IMG/VR virus record: IMGVR_UViG_3300029267_002377
Location: 1-64,000 of that record
DNA length: 64,000 bases
Source: a virus
Reading direction: 5' to 3' (one strand)
Below are positions 63,742 through 64,000 of this stretch, piece by piece; position 1 is the first letter of the stretch; every line of letters begins with the position of its first letter. A model generated the notes under the pieces. That model was not told where the DNA came from and did not search any database. It saw nothing but the letters and a program-made list of their open reading frames with translations. The translations under genes and the position numbers were made by a program.

Positions 63742-64000
63742 GGCTCCCGACTGGCTAGATTCTCTCCCACCAAACTGGGAGGAAAAATACGACCGAAGAC
63801 TTGTCGCAATGATTAGGGAACGGATGAACCGGGACAAATCCTTGGCCGTTCCTAAGAAGTATGCGAAGTACGTCGAGAGCATCCAAGAGTACGCCCGGGA
63901 AGTTCTCAAAGTTGAGTGGTGGGACAAACAAGTGGCGGTTGCTTTGTCATTCCAGATGAACAAATATACAATCGTCCCAGCATCGTTCGGTGTGGGCAAA
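63734..64000 (+). CDS. terL: Terminase large subunit, N-terminal part (runs off the window)
   Basis: Hand translation: ...YAREVLKVEWWDKQ...YTIVPASFGVGK, an adenine-binding Q followed by a Walker A. Confidence 0.8.
   Translation, partial: MTRAPDWLDSLPPNWEEKYDRRLVAMIRERMNRDKSLAVPKKYAKYVESIQEYAREVLKVEWWDKQVAVALSFQMNKYTIVPASFGVGK

Overview
A 64 kb slice of a large, apparently undescribed tailed (siphovirus-like) bacteriophage genome with strong sigma70-type promoters; the host cannot be assigned from sequence alone. Order: four glycosyltransferases, neck, tail, tape-measure and tail-fibre genes (1-19.6 kb); a leftward early block with an intein-containing UvrD helicase (19.7-25.4 kb); a replication initiator and candidate origin; a cluster of tRNA-like and Y-RNA-like ncRNAs upstream of a Ro60/TROVE gene; a replication and DNA-modification block (DnaX, primase, DnaB, QueD/QueE/FolE, methyltransferases, PLP enzyme, PolA, DnaN, Cas4-like nuclease); a probable terminase small subunit; about 9 kb of accessory genes; and the start of the terminase large subunit at the right edge. 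The most striking system is a stand-alone Cas7/RAMP-like gene (36714-37292) with an HNH gene, flanked by four arrays of GGY-NN pentamers (13-16 units each). A fifth array (17 units) lies 14 kb away in front of a second HNH gene. I read this as a candidate phage RNA-guided system whose information lies in the variable dinucleotides, resembling my recollection of VIPR-type systems. Other notable signals: five copies of a GGPGSG(N/H)(W/H)GHxGRKGKRGGS tag fused to different effector domains (ADP-ribosyltransferase, metallopeptidase); a GDF/DF C-terminal tail shared by nine proteins; a two-helix RNA switch before the replication initiator; and promoter-plus-gene cassettes inserted antisense into operons. 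All functional calls come from motif recognition by eye, with no database searches.
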